Source: Candidatus Latescibacterota bacterium (GTDB lineage: Bacteria > Latescibacterota > UBA2968 > SICM01). Taken from it: 64,000 nt of DNA. The notes beneath the pieces were generated by a model, which did no database searches, was not told where the DNA came from, and saw nothing but the letters and a program-made list of their open reading frames with translations. Shown one piece after another: positions 31,151 to 40,669 of this stretch. Numbering within the stretch: position 1 is the stretch's first letter; each line of letters begins with the position of its first letter. The DNA lies in the NCBI GenBank assembly GCA_965217865.1, contig CBDCJO010000002.1:4704001-4768000 (forward strand). Reading direction: 5' to 3'. A program made the position numbers and the translations under genes.

Positions 31151-32095
31151 ATGAGGTATTTCGGGGTCTTATTCAGACTTGCGTTGTTGCTTCTTTTAGT
31201 GGTCGGGTGCGGAAAGGGTAAGGATGAGGGGGAAATGGAGCGCTTGCTTTTCAAGGCAGGATACCTGGAAGACAATCCAGATTCTCTGAGTCAAGCCATC
31301 ACGACATACCGTCTGGTTGAAAAGCAATTCCCGAGTGTCCCGGAAGCGGAGCGCGCGGCCGAACGGGCTGAAAAGCTTTCCGTAGTTGAAGAGATCTACC
31401 GAGCAACAGGAGAGACGGTCCAGGGGGATTCGGCTGTGATAAAGCTGTGCCGTCAGGTACTTTCGATTACGCCGGACTACCGTCCGGCAATCCGTCGCCT
31501 TGGAGTCGTGTATCACAAGCAGATCGATTTTATCGGCCAACTGGCTGCAAGCCCCATCTGGCATCAGGAATCTACGATGCATCAGGCATATTCGATCTGG
31601 AAGGAGCAGGATAAACTCTGGTCGGACTACGAATTTCTTCCAAGACCCCACGACCGAGAATGGGGAGATCGTCTGTGTCGCGCGTCGCTGATTGTTGCGA
31701 ACATGTTGGGCCGGTATGACCGTTATGCGGAAGCGGTGGAGACAGTCGAGCGGGGTCTGTATTACGTCGAGACCGATGAATCTAAAGCGGAGGCCACCGT
31801 CTGGGCCGCCTATTACAATTTCTGGCTGAGGCGGTTCGACGAGACCATCCGGCTTGCTCAGGAGGCCCTGGATTCGGACCTGTTAATAAAAAAAGATAGG
31901 GGAAGGGCCTACCACGCTTTGGGTATGGGTTATGCCTACCTATTTCAGGACTCTAAGGACCTGTTGCATCTCGAGAGATCGATCAAGAGCCTTAACGAAT
32001 CTCTCGTCATCGATTCTTATAACCACGAAGCACGGAAACTGCTCAAAGCGATGCGGGAGGCCAAAGGGAAATTGTCTCGGCTTCCCGCCGGATAG
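31151..32095 (+). CDS. TPR-repeat lipoprotein
   Basis: Lipoprotein signal MRYFG...LLLVVGC and TPR-like helices; in-frame upstream ATG at 31058 overlaps the hprK stop. Confidence 0.7.
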   Translation: MRYFGVLFRLALLLLLVVGCGKGKDEGEMERLLFKAGYLEDNPDSLSQAITTYRLVEKQFPSVPEAERAAERAEKLSVVEEIYRATGETVQGDSAVIKLCRQVLSITPDYRPAIRRLGVVYHKQIDFIGQLAASPIWHQESTMHQAYSIWKEQDKLWSDYEFLPRPHDREWGDRLCRASLIVANMLGRYDRYAEAVETVERGLYYVETDESKAEATVWAAYYNFWLRRFDETIRLAQEALDSDLLIKKDRGRAYHALGMGYAYLFQDSKDLLHLERSIKSLNESLVIDSYNHEARKLLKAMREAKGKLSRLPAG

Positions 32096-32103
32096 CGAAG
32101 GTT

Positions 32104-32679
32104 ATGACCCTCGACTCAGGTAACGATCAGGGACTTTCCAGACATATTCTGGTCATCGACGACGATTCCACTTTACGAAAAACCATTCGAACCCGACTGG
32201 AAATCGCCGGTCATAGGGTAACCCTGGCTTCTGATGCGCAGGAGGGCATTCACAAGACCATCGCCACTAGGTTCGATGTCATCCTGCTGGACCTGATGAT
32301 GCCGGGGCTTTCAGGGGACGAGCTCTTGCGTGCGATCCGTCCCCTTGGATTGAAGACCAAGGTGGTCGTCATGTCAGGCTCCACGGATCCACGCTGGCAG
32401 GAAAAAGTGAGAGACCTGGGGGCGGTTGCAGTTCTTGAGAAACCTTTCCCACTGGTTGACCTGCCAGGGATTATCGCAGGTGTGACATCCACTTCAGTGG
32501 AAGAGCGGGAAGAGGAGAAAAAAAAAGGGGGGGCCTTTCGGGATGTGTTTTGGAATATGGTTCTGAGCTTTGTGTTCTCGGAGCCTCAACCGACAGGTTA
32601 TCAGAAGGGGGTCGGACTGGCTCTGATCGCGGGCCTGGCCCTCATGATTCTCTGGACGTTTTTCGGAAAAATGATCTAA
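32104..32679 (+). CDS. Receiver-domain protein with C-terminal membrane anchor
   Basis: ILVIDDD, LLDLMMP, LEKPF, C-terminal hydrophobic helix. Confidence 0.8.
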   Translation: MTLDSGNDQGLSRHILVIDDDSTLRKTIRTRLEIAGHRVTLASDAQEGIHKTIATRFDVILLDLMMPGLSGDELLRAIRPLGLKTKVVVMSGSTDPRWQEKVRDLGAVAVLEKPFPLVDLPGIIAGVTSTSVEEREEEKKKGGAFRDVFWNMVLSFVFSEPQPTGYQKGVGLALIAGLALMILWTFFGKMI

Positions 32680-32717
32680 AGCCGGACTTCAGGCTGGGCG
32701 TTTCATGATTTTCTTGA

Positions 32718-33767
32718 TTGACCACGATTGGTTTGGGCGTGTTGCGAAAGCTGGTCTACAGTGGTACGGCTTATGATATCGGTCGAGAAATGGGCAGGTC
32801 GTTGGAAGGGCTCCCAGTGCCGAAGGCCGCAAAGGAAGAGGTGGTTTTCGCACACGCCTGCAGGGACACGACCGGACGTATTTTCCCCTCGGCCCTCGAC
32901 ACTTTTCACGGGATCGTGGACAGTTCCGGGATGGGAGGAGACGATTTTCTGACCTACTATTTCGCCCGTCAGGAAGGTCTTCTACGGGGATGTACGATGT
33001 TTGCCGCACATCATCCGACCACCAGGGATGGTGTGATTCTCGTAGGTCGAAATTACGACTGGGTCAACAGCGATCGAAAGTGGTGCGAATTGAGGATGAT
33101 CCGCCAAGAGGGCGCATTCCATGTCCTTGGTTATTCGCATCATTGGGCTGGGCTTCCCGATGCCTTGAATGCCGAAGGCCTTTTCGTAGCCATAGCCTCT
33201 CTGCCAAAGAGGCCCCCCGAGCTTCCTGGTCTTCAGTGGAATTTGGTCGTCGATGCATTGATGGCTACATGCCGGACCGTTCCTGAAGCCGAGAAGCTGA
33301 TCACGTCATTCCACCACCTTCGAGCGATGATTTATCTGATCGCAGACGCCTCGGGTGAGGCAATCGCCGCCGAGGCCGGACCAGAGGGGGTCACCATCCG
33401 GAGATCGTCCGATGGCCTGGTTTTGGCGACGAACCATGAGGTGACCGAGGTTGAGGCGTCGGACCGGGATAAGCGATCTCGCCGACGTTATGAAAGGGCT
33501 GAGGAGGTCTTACGGGCACATGCGGGATGGGTGGATGAGGGGGTGGCCGGAGAGGTTCTAGCAGACCACCGGGGTCAGATCTGTTCGGGACCACACCACG
33601 ATCATGTCGGACGGGATAGCTGGGGAACCCTCTGGTCGACCATTTGCCGTCCGGATCTCCGGACCCTCAAGATTGCCTCGGGTCACCCCTGTGAGGTGGA
33701 CTATGAGCCTGTTTCATTCCGAACACAGGCGGAATTTGTTCAGATATCGGAATCGTCCCGGAATTGA
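32718..33767 (+). CDS. C45-family autoproteolytic Ntn acyltransferase/hydrolase
   Basis: G|CTMFAA cleavage site, VGRNYD, LNAEG, ATNH, TLWS. Confidence 0.82.
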   Translation: MTTIGLGVLRKLVYSGTAYDIGREMGRSLEGLPVPKAAKEEVVFAHACRDTTGRIFPSALDTFHGIVDSSGMGGDDFLTYYFARQEGLLRGCTMFAAHHPTTRDGVILVGRNYDWVNSDRKWCELRMIRQEGAFHVLGYSHHWAGLPDALNAEGLFVAIASLPKRPPELPGLQWNLVVDALMATCRTVPEAEKLITSFHHLRAMIYLIADASGEAIAAEAGPEGVTIRRSSDGLVLATNHEVTEVEASDRDKRSRRRYERAEEVLRAHAGWVDEGVAGEVLADHRGQICSGPHHDHVGRDSWGTLWSTICRPDLRTLKIASGHPCEVDYEPVSFRTQAEFVQISESSRN

Positions 33768-33841
33768 AAACCCCTCAGACCGATTTTGAGAAACGGGAAA
33801 CCTGGAACCGTCCGGAGTTAGAGGGCAGAAAGAGATCACTC

Positions 33842-34765
33842 ATGCGTCTGTTTTTTATTCACCTGATTTGCGTCTTCGTGTTGGTCCTCGGCTGTGCCAA
33901 GACGGAAAAGGACATCGCCCAAGACATACCAGACTCCCTCAAGGTAAGTGACCAGGAGTTTCGAAGGCTGGTTAAGCGTGCCAAGGATATCGACGACGAA
34001 CAGGTGGTACGTGCAAAGCGGACGGTTAATCCACGCGTCCTCAGGAAACTCGCAAAGGATGAAGACGAAAGTGTACGATTCTACGTGGCGTCGAACCGAC
34101 ACACCCCCTATGAGACGCTTTCCGATCTTGCCACCGATGACAGCCCGTCTGTTCGTTGGGCGGTCGCTGTCAACGACAGTATCCCCTGGGAGGTTATGCC
34201 GCTCCTCGCCGAGGATATCGATGTTGTCGTGCGGATGGGCTTGGCGGCAAACCTCTACACGTCTTCAGATATCCTCGCCGGAATGATAAATGATATCCTT
34301 CCGGTTCTTCGAAGGGCGGCCTCGAATCCCAACATGAACCCAACAATCCTTGAGAACTTGGCAGAGAGCCAAGATATTCAAGTCCGTCGGGCGGTTTCGC
34401 GCAACTTATCCACGCCCCCGGCGGCCTTAGAAAAACTCGCCCTAGATCCAGACGAATCGGTTCGTATTGAGGCCGCAAAGAACGACCACACTTCGGCGGG
34501 GGCCTTGACCATCCTGGCTACAGATACCATCAACGTTGCCCGGGAAAGAGTTGCGGGAAACCATAACACCCCGGTTCCGATTCTGGTAGAGCTTTCTGCG
34601 GATTCGGTGGCTTCGGTTCGCTAGGCCGTATCGACCAATCCCAACACCCCCAAAAAGGTCCTCATTCAGCTTTCCTATGATTCGGAGAAGGCCATCCGGC
34701 GGATGGCAAGGGGCCGGTTGGCAAAAATCCTGCGGAAAGAGATCGAGGAGGACCTTGAGAGGTGA
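33842..34765 (+). CDS. LRV/HEAT-repeat lipoprotein interrupted by an in-frame TAG at 34622-34624
   Basis: Lipobox LVLGC; ~24-aa repeats LAxDxxxxVRxxVAxNxxTP; the repeat continues in frame for 46 codons past the TAG to TGA at 34765. Confidence 0.75.
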
Positions 34766-34804
34766 AATTAAATCTTTCCGGTTTGTTCACAAAGGCAGAG
34801 GACC

Positions 34805-35620
34805 GTGTCGTGTCCGCTGCCTTTGATATTCTTCGCGGGTTATCAAACCAAAATATTACTTTATCGGGGAGTTGAATTGGAGGATCGAAGGACTTTCGGT
34901 GGAATCGTCGGGATGGCATTGGAGATATATGGCCGCCGGTTCGGCACATTCTTTGCGATTGCGCTGATCGGCCAGTTTCTCTGGGTCCTTGGTGACGTGT
35001 TCCGGAGTGAGGTGTCGTGGACTGGACCGATCCCGAGCAACCCCGTGATGGTGGCGGCCTTTTTGATGGCTTACCTTATCGGTCTGATTCCCTATACGAT
35101 GCAGGTTCCCGCTCTATTGTCAGCGGTATGGGTCTCTTTCTTCGGGGATGAGCTCACCCTGGGTCAGGCCTTCGACCGGGCTTCCGTCAGGTTGACGTGG
35201 GAGGCCTTCTGGGTTAGACTCATTGCACTATGGTTGACGGTCGGGGGCCTGATCCTGGGATTTGTGCCCGGGATCATATTCGGCGTTTGGTTCTTCCTCG
35301 CGGATGTGGTTGTGGTCCTGGAGGGAAAGCGAGACTTGAATGCGTTAAAACGATCCCAATGGCTGATCAGCGGCGATTGGTGGAAGACGATGTCGGTCAT
35401 ACTCGTGGGTCTTTTTACGGCAGCGCTCCTGGTCGGACTGGTCGGTTTGGCGGTCGATGGTATCTTCGGGGTGGTTCTATCGAGGCTGATGGGGATCGTT
35501 GTCACGCCGTTCGTGTTCGCCCTTCAGGTGGTGTTATATCGTGACCTGAAGGCGCGCAAAGAACACGGGAGGGGTGTGGTTTTGGAAGGGGGGCGAGCCC
35601 CTGATGGGGCCCATCCCTGA
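34805..35620 (+). CDS. Multi-pass membrane protein of unknown function
   Basis: 5-6 hydrophobic helices, VPGII..VWF, ALKRSQWLISG, LYRDLKARKE; true start may be TTG at 34877. Confidence 0.65.
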   Translation: MSCPLPLIFFAGYQTKILLYRGVELEDRRTFGGIVGMALEIYGRRFGTFFAIALIGQFLWVLGDVFRSEVSWTGPIPSNPVMVAAFLMAYLIGLIPYTMQVPALLSAVWVSFFGDELTLGQAFDRASVRLTWEAFWVRLIALWLTVGGLILGFVPGIIFGVWFFLADVVVVLEGKRDLNALKRSQWLISGDWWKTMSVILVGLFTAALLVGLVGLAVDGIFGVVLSRLMGIVVTPFVFALQVVLYRDLKARKEHGRGVVLEGGRAPDGAHP

Positions 35621-35631
35621 TGTCGCTGGCC

Positions 35632-36489
35632 TTACTCGTCAAAGAGGAATGTCGGTTCGCCGTAGAATCTTACCTTTTTGTCCAGGACTTTCTGACGAAT
35701 GATGTCCCGAAGGCGTGCATTCTTGTCTTCAATCGCCATTTTTGAACGGAGGATTTCCAGGCCCAGATTGACGCGCAGAGCACGGCCCTGGATCAGGTGT
35801 CTGGTGATACCCGCGGGGAGCTTTACGTCGGCAAGGCTGAGGGCCACGATTTCATCCTTCGTGTATCGGGGAAAAGCGATCAGGGCGCTCGGATGTCGTT
35901 CGTCGGGATTCAGAGCGCGTATATGTTCCGCATCCACCCGGTAGATTTCGACTTTCCCTCGGTAGATCGAGACAATTTGGTTGAGATAAACGACCTGAGA
36001 TTGAAGATCCTTCCCCTGTTCTAAACCCCAGGTTCGGCCGTCATACAGGGTGGTGACGGCGCATAGAATTTTCCGGGATTCCAATAGGTCCTGTGTCTTG
36101 TCCACCGTCATCTCATTAACTCGAAGTCCGTTTATCTCCCTGATTTTTATGAGTAGTTGTTCACCCGGCATCTCTGCGATGAGGTGATCCCAGGTGGCCA
36201 TCTCGATTTCAGAAGAGCTATAGTCCACTACCTGCGATAGGGCGTCCCGGCATCCCAGGATTCGAAGGGCCGTGATTCGATTGGCACCATCGAGGACCAT
36301 GTACCGCCTTTCACCTTCCAACTGCGCCACGACAGGGGGGTTGCGAAGGATCTCCTCATCCTTTAACCTGTCCACGATTCTATCCACCCGCCGTCCGTCG
36401 TGGTCTTCGTGCAGGACGATGTCCTTCAAGGGGATGATCTCAAGCTGAGGAAGGTTCTCAAATGGGTCGTGTGACGGATGTTGTCGCAT
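35632..36489 (-). CDS. SbnI/SerK-like ParB-fold protein (putative free L-serine kinase)
   Basis: IVLHEDHD..RV, RNPPVV, YMVLDGANR, LPAGITRH..GRALRVN, VRFYGEPTFLFDE; collinear with S. aureus SbnI as recalled. Confidence 0.7.
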   Translation of the reverse strand: MRQHPSHDPFENLPQLEIIPLKDIVLHEDHDGRRVDRIVDRLKDEEILRNPPVVAQLEGERRYMVLDGANRITALRILGCRDALSQVVDYSSSEIEMATWDHLIAEMPGEQLLIKIREINGLRVNEMTVDKTQDLLESRKILCAVTTLYDGRTWGLEQGKDLQSQVVYLNQIVSIYRGKVEIYRVDAEHIRALNPDERHPSALIAFPRYTKDEIVALSLADVKLPAGITRHLIQGRALRVNLGLEILRSKMAIEDKNARLRDIIRQKVLDKKVRFYGEPTFLFDE

Positions 36490-36673
36490 AAGATTTACAA
36501 GGATACTCCGGGTATTTGGCCGGCAATAGAATGATACAATCTACTGAAAACTGGGGAAAAGGCAAGTTCGGGAGGACAGGTGTGGGATATCCGGCATGAC
36601 GTCTTGTACCCCGGCTGGGAGATTCTCCGAACCTTTTCCCTTCGGAGTGGTATAAATATAAAAGAGCGAGGGG

Positions 36674-37579
36674 ATGTTGGATAGAAAAGATATCAAGGGG
36701 ATTATCCCCGCTGTGATCACCCCGATGAACGAGAGGGAGGAGGTGGACGAGGAGGCGTTGGGGGCCATCATCGATCGCCTGATTTCCAAAGGGGTACACG
36801 GCATCTTCACGGTTGGTACGACGGGGGAGTTCTGGGCGCTCTCTCAGGAAGAGAAACGCAGGATCTTCAAGCGGACTGTCGAATATACCGCAGGTCGGGT
36901 TCCGGTCTATGTCGGGACAAATGCCGATAGCACGCGCGAAACCGTTCTTCTTTCGGTATGCGCGGAGGAAGCGGGTGCGGACTGCATCTCGGTCCTGACC
37001 CCAACCTTCATATCTCCGACGGACGGGGAGCTGTTTCAACATTACGCGGCTGTCGCAAAGGCCGTTAATATCCCCATCCTTCTTTATGCAAATCCTGGCC
37101 GGACGGGGGTCGGCCTGTCGGTTGATTTGGCGGCGCGTCTGGCCGAGGTGTTTCCCAACATAGCGGGGATCAAAGACAGCTCCGGGGACCTGACCCTGAC
37201 CACAGAGTATATCCGAAAATGTCCTGAGGATTTCAGGACGATCATGGGGAGGGATACGCTGATCTTCGCAGGGCTCCTTCACGGGGTGGCGGGGGCCATC
37301 GCCGCAAGCGCAAACATCGCACCTGAGATCGGGGTGGCGATCTACGAGCATTTCATCCGCGGCGATCTGGAGAAGGCTCGCGAGTACCAGGATCGACTGG
37401 CTCCACTGAGGCTTGCTTTTTCACTCGGAAGTTTTCCGGTCGTACTCAAGGAGGGAGCGGAGATGGTGGGGCTCCCGGCCGGCCCGACCCGCTCCCCGAT
37501 CGGGGTCCTTTCTCCGGGGGAGCGTAATGAGTTGCGGGAGATACTTGTGGGAATGGGGTTAGCTGTCGTGGAGGCATGA
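36674..37579 (+). CDS. DapA/NAL-family aldolase (dihydrodipicolinate synthase family)
   Basis: GTTGEF, LYANPGRTG, Schiff-base GIKDSSG. Confidence 0.88.
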   Translation: MLDRKDIKGIIPAVITPMNEREEVDEEALGAIIDRLISKGVHGIFTVGTTGEFWALSQEEKRRIFKRTVEYTAGRVPVYVGTNADSTRETVLLSVCAEEAGADCISVLTPTFISPTDGELFQHYAAVAKAVNIPILLYANPGRTGVGLSVDLAARLAEVFPNIAGIKDSSGDLTLTTEYIRKCPEDFRTIMGRDTLIFAGLLHGVAGAIAASANIAPEIGVAIYEHFIRGDLEKAREYQDRLAPLRLAFSLGSFPVVLKEGAEMVGLPAGPTRSPIGVLSPGERNELREILVGMGLAVVEA

Positions 37580-37609
37580 ACACCATCGAAATTCATGAGG
37601 AAACGGGAG

Positions 37610-38653
37610 ATGAAAGCCGTTCGAAAACTTGCATCCGGGTCGGGGAACGTCGCGATCTGTGATATTCCGGAGCCCGACCCTCCGAAGGGATACGTGAAGA
37701 TTGCGGTGAAGGCCGGAGGGATTTGTGGCACCGACATCCATATTCTTCACGGGGGCTATGCCTTCAATCCCCCGGTGACGCTCGGACATGAATTCGCCGG
37801 AGAAGTCGTGGATGTCGGTAAGGGGGTTGGGGCGTCCCTTTTAGGGAGTCGGGTGACCGTCCTCCCGTCGGCGATGGGCCGGTGCGGGGTCTGCCGATAT
37901 TGCCGGTCCGGTTACTACGTCTATTGCACCGGGAGGAGCTCCATAGGGAGCAAGACCGACGGGGGATTTGCCGAGTTCTGTGTCGTCCCCCAGGATCTTA
38001 TCTACACCCTACCGGAAGACATCGATTATCGAGCGGGTTCGCTTGCGGAACCCCTGGCCTGTTGCGTTCAAGCGGTTTTTGAGGAGACGCATATCGTTTC
38101 CTCTGACGTGGTTGTGATTTCAGGTCCCGGTCCGATCGGCATGATCTGCACGACCCTGGTCAAATCTCAAGGGGCAACCGTCATCCTCTGCGGGACCGGT
38201 CAGGATCGGGAAAGGCTTTCGATGGCCCCTGCATTCGGGGCGGACCGAACGGTGGTCGTGACGGAAGAGGACATCGAACAGGTAGCCCGAGACATGACAG
38301 ATGGCTACGGGGCGGATGTGGTGCTGGAGTGCGTGGGGGTCGGTGCATCCGTGAACCAGTGTCTTGACGCGGTGGCCCCTTTGGGTCAATTCACCCAGGT
38401 CGGCCTGCTCGACCATCCTGTGGAGATCGACTTCGGCAAGTTGGTCTACAAGCAGGTCCGCGTCCAGGGGACACTCGGACAGACATGGAGTTCCTGGGAG
38501 AAGACGCTTCGCTTGTTAGAACGCGGGGCCATCGACATGTCGCGGTTCATCACCCATCAGGTCCCCCTCGAAAAATGGGAGGAGGGATTCGACAATACGG
38601 AGCAGAAACGGGGATTGAAAAACCTTCTCCAACCTCCGGAAGCCGGGTCATGA
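37610..38653 (+). CDS. Zinc-dependent sugar/polyol dehydrogenase
   Basis: GICGTDIH, GHEFAG, CGVCRYC, GPGPIG. Confidence 0.9.
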   Translation: MKAVRKLASGSGNVAICDIPEPDPPKGYVKIAVKAGGICGTDIHILHGGYAFNPPVTLGHEFAGEVVDVGKGVGASLLGSRVTVLPSAMGRCGVCRYCRSGYYVYCTGRSSIGSKTDGGFAEFCVVPQDLIYTLPEDIDYRAGSLAEPLACCVQAVFEETHIVSSDVVVISGPGPIGMICTTLVKSQGATVILCGTGQDRERLSMAPAFGADRTVVVTEEDIEQVARDMTDGYGADVVLECVGVGASVNQCLDAVAPLGQFTQVGLLDHPVEIDFGKLVYKQVRVQGTLGQTWSSWEKTLRLLERGAIDMSRFITHQVPLEKWEEGFDNTEQKRGLKNLLQPPEAGS

Positions 38654-38761
38654 AAGAAAGCTGATCGGATCGGGATTGGAAAATCGTATACAAGAACCCG
38701 GGGATCCGATAACCGGATCCCCGATTGCATATGGATCGCTGATTCAGGAGAGCCGAAGCCC

Positions 38762-39739
38762 GTGTTCAAGGTGATGATGACAGACAGCGTGTTTCCTGAT
38801 TTCGAGCTTGAAAAAGAGGAGATCTCGAAAATCGAGGCGACTTTGTCCCTGGCGACTTACGAAGGCGAAGCTGAAATGGTGGCGGCCCTTCAAGAAGCGG
38901 ACGGGTTGATCAATCATTTCGCCCCGATGACCCGAAGCGTGATGGCGCAGCTTCCCAGATGTCGGGTGATCAGCAGATGCGGTGTGGGTTTTGACAATGT
39001 GGATGTGGCAGCGGCGACGGATCTGGGAATCCTGGTTGCGCACGTAAGGGACTACTGCATTGAAGAGGCGTCGACACACACCTTCGCGCTTATCCTGGCG
39101 TGCGCGCGCAGGCTTTTCCCGATCGACCGCTCGGTGCGGGCGGGCCGATGGGATCATTCGGCCGGTCGGCCGATGCACGACCTGACGACTCAGACTTTAG
39201 GGATCGTCGGGCTCGGAAAGATCGGAACGGGGACGGCGAAAAAGGCCCAGGCCTTCGGGCTGAGGGTGCTGGCTTTCGACCCCTATGCAAAAGGGGTGGG
39301 CGCTGAAATCGAACTCGTGTCATTCGACCGTTTAATCCAGGAGGCGGATTATGTCTGCATCCACGCCGCGTTGACGGATGAGACGCGCGGGCTTTTTTCG
39401 GAGGAGGTCTTTGCCCGGATGAAGTCAACCGCATATCTGATCAACGGCGCGCGCGGACCGATCGTGAATGAGGATGCGCTGGAACGCGCGCTTTCCGAAG
39501 GAATTATCGCGGGTGCCGCAGTGGATACCATGGCGGAGGAACCACCCGGTTCGGATCACCCTCTTTTCAAACTCGAGAACTTCATCGTGACCTCCCACGT
39601 TTCATGGTATTCGGAGGAGTCCATCGCGCTTCTCCGGCGGGAGAACGCTCGGGCTGTCGTAGACACCCTTAATACAGGAAGACCAAAATACCTTGTCAAC
39701 CCCGAAGCGCTTGATAAGGCCGAGAAGCGGTTGCGGTAA
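38762..39739 (+). CDS. D-2-hydroxyacid dehydrogenase (CtBP-like)
   Basis: GVGFDNVD, GLGKIG, INGARG, EEP, SHVSWYS. Confidence 0.9.
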   Translation: MFKVMMTDSVFPDFELEKEEISKIEATLSLATYEGEAEMVAALQEADGLINHFAPMTRSVMAQLPRCRVISRCGVGFDNVDVAAATDLGILVAHVRDYCIEEASTHTFALILACARRLFPIDRSVRAGRWDHSAGRPMHDLTTQTLGIVGLGKIGTGTAKKAQAFGLRVLAFDPYAKGVGAEIELVSFDRLIQEADYVCIHAALTDETRGLFSEEVFARMKSTAYLINGARGPIVNEDALERALSEGIIAGAAVDTMAEEPPGSDHPLFKLENFIVTSHVSWYSEESIALLRRENARAVVDTLNTGRPKYLVNPEALDKAEKRLR

Positions 39740-39761
39740 TAACACGACGGAACGATAAGGT

Positions 39762-40544
39762 CTATTGGGAAGGTTTTTGGATGACAACAACATATCGTGG
39801 GGCATAGGCTATCCATTCCGGCTCGAATCGCTCAGGGGGTTGGAAGGGGATTCGGAGGTGGCGAAGGAGTTCCAACTGAATGTCCCGTTCCTTCTCCTCC
39901 TTGTTGGCGATGAGCAGGATTCCACCCTCGTTCAGCAGGCCATAAACGTGTATTAGCTGGTCGACGGGCTTGAACAGGGAGCCTGGGAGACCCCACTTTC
40001 GAAGGGGATATTTCGTGACGAAAGGCAAAAACCAGGTGATTACATCGTATCTTTCCTGGTGCTCCAAGACATCGCCCGGAATGAATCGGCATCGATCCAG
40101 GTTGCGGATGTGATACAGCGCATAATCATACCGTGAATGCAGGTTCGAGTAGATCTGGTATGCGTCGATCTCAATGCCGGTCAACTCTACCTGTCGAATG
40201 TTCCCGCCCACGTTGCGGAAGAAATGATAAAGGCCCCTGACGTAAGCGAAGTTCTTGGATCCGACGTCGAGGGACCGGACGGTTTCCGGGAGTGCGCGGG
40301 TGGGGAAGAAGAGGTCCATCAGTTCAAGGATGTAGAGAGACTCACGATATTCGTTCGCGGTGGATTTCTCCCGAAAGTTGATTAATCGATACTGTCCTTC
40401 AAGGCGGTCGGCCGTGGGAAGGAGAGTGGGTCTGGATTCGAAGAGTAGTTTTTTGTCCTCGTTCGGAGGATTATAAGTCGAACGGGACCACCGGACCCAG
40501 GATCGAAGGGCAAAGTAGACATTGTTGAAGAGTCGTTCGGACAT
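39762..40544 (-). CDS. Class I SAM-dependent methyltransferase-like protein
   Basis: LDVGS, GIEID, GDV, YDVI, LNEGG Rossmann-type motifs. Confidence 0.6.
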   Translation of the reverse strand: MSERLFNNVYFALRSWVRWSRSTYNPPNEDKKLLFESRPTLLPTADRLEGQYRLINFREKSTANEYRESLYILELMDLFFPTRALPETVRSLDVGSKNFAYVRGLYHFFRNVGGNIRQVELTGIEIDAYQIYSNLHSRYDYALYHIRNLDRCRFIPGDVLEHQERYDVITWFLPFVTKYPLRKWGLPGSLFKPVDQLIHVYGLLNEGGILLIANKEEKERDIQLELLRHLRIPFQPPERFEPEWIAYAPRYVVVIQKPSQ

Positions 40545-40669
40545 CGGATCCCGGAATCAAGGAGCGGGTTGCAGGCTCAGGCTGCGAAAAGAACGAATTC
40601 ATAAAATACGACATATGAGGTTCTCAGTCGAGTTGAATTCAAACTTCTGAAAAATCCCAATCGTTTCAT

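Noticed and set aside
34622-34624. Genome-wide TAG reassignment
   Set aside because: TAG terminates the ALDH, lptF, hpf and other genes at their expected ends.
35632-36489. Chromosome-partitioning ParB
   Set aside because: No HTH, no parA nearby, and the C-terminus resembles SbnI.
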